Shown here: in pieces, positions 26,530 through 28,214 of the stretch
Numbering within the stretch: position 1 is the first letter of the stretch
How the letters are laid out: each line of letters opens with the position of its first letter
Source of the DNA: an uncultured Deinococcales bacterium
Lineage (GTDB): Bacteria > Deinococcota > Deinococci > Deinococcales > JAAFIG01
Direction: 5' to 3'
NCBI GenBank assembly: GCA_964244895.1
Contig: CAXTKV010000006.1
Span: forward strand, 13,519-41,732
Length of the DNA: 28,214 nucleotides
Translations under genes and position numbers: made by a program
The notes under the pieces: model-generated
What the model saw: only the letters and a program-made list of their open reading frames with translations
The model's database searches: none
Told to the model about the DNA's origin: nothing

Positions 26530-26979
26530 ATGAAACACCTGATCTTCACGCTCGGACTCGCGCTGGTGCTGACGGCCTGCCCGTCTCAGAACGGCAACCC
26601 GCCGATCTCGAGCGGCATCTGGCGGGCCACGCTCACCCCCGATCCCGGCCAGAGCCTGCCGACCACCGCAGACACCACCAATCTTTACGAGCTGAACTTC
26701 GGCAGCGCCAGCCTGACGGGCTGGCATTACGCCTGCGATGCGGGCTGGATCAACTGCGCGCCGAAAGGCTACGGGCTGGCGGTCACGGGCGCGCTGTCTG
26801 CGGGCGCCGCCGATTTTCAGTTCACGTACAACTCCACGCCCTCGATCCCGCCCGTGACCGTCAAGATCACGGGTGCGTTCACGACGGGCGGCTTCACGGG
26901 TCGTTTCCAGCGAACCGCGCCGTCCCTGTCGCCCGTGGTCGGTTCGGCCACGATGGTCTGGGTTTCGTCTCAACGCTGA
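26530..26979 (+). CDS. Lipoprotein of unknown function
   Basis: AGGAG RBS. MKHLIFTLGLALV followed by lipobox LTAC. Beta-rich mature region with a Cys pair. Confidence 0.85.
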   Translation: MKHLIFTLGLALVLTACPSQNGNPPISSGIWRATLTPDPGQSLPTTADTTNLYELNFGSASLTGWHYACDAGWINCAPKGYGLAVTGALSAGAADFQFTYNSTPSIPPVTVKITGAFTTGGFTGRFQRTAPSLSPVVGSATMVWVSSQR

Positions 26980-27005
26980 ATCCCGAAGGCACTCCAGGAG
27001 GCCAG

Positions 27006-28193
27006 ATGCTGAAACTCACCCGTTCCACCGTCCGCACCGCCCTGCTGATCGGGCTTTTGTGCTCGAGCGCCGCCGCCCAAAACCTGCCGTCGCGCGCCGC
27101 GCCGCGCGGCATGAGCAGCCTGCCGACGGGTGGTTCCGGGCGCGTGCTGGCCACCCGACTTTCCGGCAGCCGCAGCGCCACCAAGATGTTCCAGGCTTTG
27201 ATGATCGGCATTGACGGCTATTTTGACGCCAAGCCGCGCGTGCTGAACGCCTTCCGCGACCCGGCGGACGCGCAGCTGCAGGCGTCCTTCAGAACCAGCC
27301 TGCGCGGCGTGCCCGTGATGGGCCTGATCGGCGTGGCCACGCAGGGTACGAACGCCAGGACCGTCGTGCTGTTCGATCAGACTCGAGCCTTCGCGGATTC
27401 CGTGGATCGGCTCGTGCGGGTCGCCACAGGCCAGAATGGGGGCGCGGCGGGTGCCCCGGCGAACATCCCGATGACCCGCACGCCCCTGCCGGACGGTTCG
27501 GGCAGCATCGACCTGGCGGCGGGCTGGGTCATCAAGTACGCCAACCAGGGCGCGACCGACATCGCCGGTCCCGTTCCGGGCAGCGGCATGAGCCTGGGCG
27601 CGGTGCTGACCGTGCCGTACACCTCGAGCGACCCCGCGCAGGCGCTGGTGATGATGGCCCAACAGATGGCGCGCACCCAGGGCAAAACCATCCGCGTCAC
27701 GATCATCGACAACCAGCCGACGCCGTGGGCGCAGGGCGGTCGGGCATCGTTCTTGCGCTACCGGGTGGTGACGGGCGCGCAGAGCATGGATTACTTCGGG
27801 TTGATCGGCATCACGCCGTTCGAGCAGAACAGCGTGTTTTTCTACAGCTCGTTCATTCAAGCCCCGACCGCCAGCTTCGCGCGAATCCTTCCTGCGGGCC
27901 TGAAAAGCTGGGCGAGCTGGAGCATCAACCCCGCCGTGTTCGCCAGACGCCTTCAAGAGACCGCCAGAACCATGAAGGAAACCGGCGATCTGCTCTCCGG
28001 TGCGAACACCGACCGCCAACGCGCCTTCGATGGCGTCAACGCCGGTTGGAGCCAGTACGTCCGTGGTGTCGCCACGCTCGAGGACACCGAGCGCAACCGT
28101 TCGGAAGTCGATCAGGTCTTCGCCGATAACGTCGTGCGGGACGATCCGAACAATTTCCGGATCGTGCCACCCAGCGAGTTGCTGCCGCGCTGA
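27006..28193 (+). CDS. Secreted protein of unknown function
   Basis: AGGAGG RBS, signal peptide ending AAA-Q, 395 aa. Confidence 0.8.
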   Translation: MLKLTRSTVRTALLIGLLCSSAAAQNLPSRAAPRGMSSLPTGGSGRVLATRLSGSRSATKMFQALMIGIDGYFDAKPRVLNAFRDPADAQLQASFRTSLRGVPVMGLIGVATQGTNARTVVLFDQTRAFADSVDRLVRVATGQNGGAAGAPANIPMTRTPLPDGSGSIDLAAGWVIKYANQGATDIAGPVPGSGMSLGAVLTVPYTSSDPAQALVMMAQQMARTQGKTIRVTIIDNQPTPWAQGGRASFLRYRVVTGAQSMDYFGLIGITPFEQNSVFFYSSFIQAPTASFARILPAGLKSWASWSINPAVFARRLQETARTMKETGDLLSGANTDRQRAFDGVNAGWSQYVRGVATLEDTERNRSEVDQVFADNVVRDDPNNFRIVPPSELLPR

Positions 28194-28214
28194 ATTCCGG
28201 GCACACCGATAGAA

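Overview
GC-rich bacterial chromosome segment, probably Deinococcota (inferred from gene content and several leaderless TAnnnT-N6/7-start promoters). Housekeeping content: three tRNAs (Ser-TGA, Ser-GCT, Arg-ACG), an RluA/RluD pseudouridine synthase, 2-oxoacid dehydrogenase E1alpha/E1beta/E2, a Dpp/Opp-type ABC binding protein with two permeases, a DEDDh exonuclease, two DUF1684 paralogues and a TPR protein. Accessory content: a 4.4-kb islet between E1beta and E2 (NotI-family endonuclease, Dam-like methyltransferase, a decayed pRiA4b-ORF3-like gene, MerR and SDR with a classic 19-bp-spacer promoter), a BNR beta-propeller/MoaD pair, and two BTAD-type regulators each divergent from secreted-protein genes. 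Highlights not in the ORF track: (1) a 48-aa signal-peptide ORF (57-203, minus) divergent from a TPR-wHTH-BTAD regulator, a candidate peptide-signalling pair; (2) a candidate ~80-nt CU-rich sRNA at 23200-23280; (3) about 16 copies of a REP/REPIN-like palindromic element, one in frame inside a gene; (4) strong over-representation of CTCGAG; (5) a 24-bp tandem repeat copying a gene's stop-codon region. All domain and family calls come from motif recognition by eye, not database searches.
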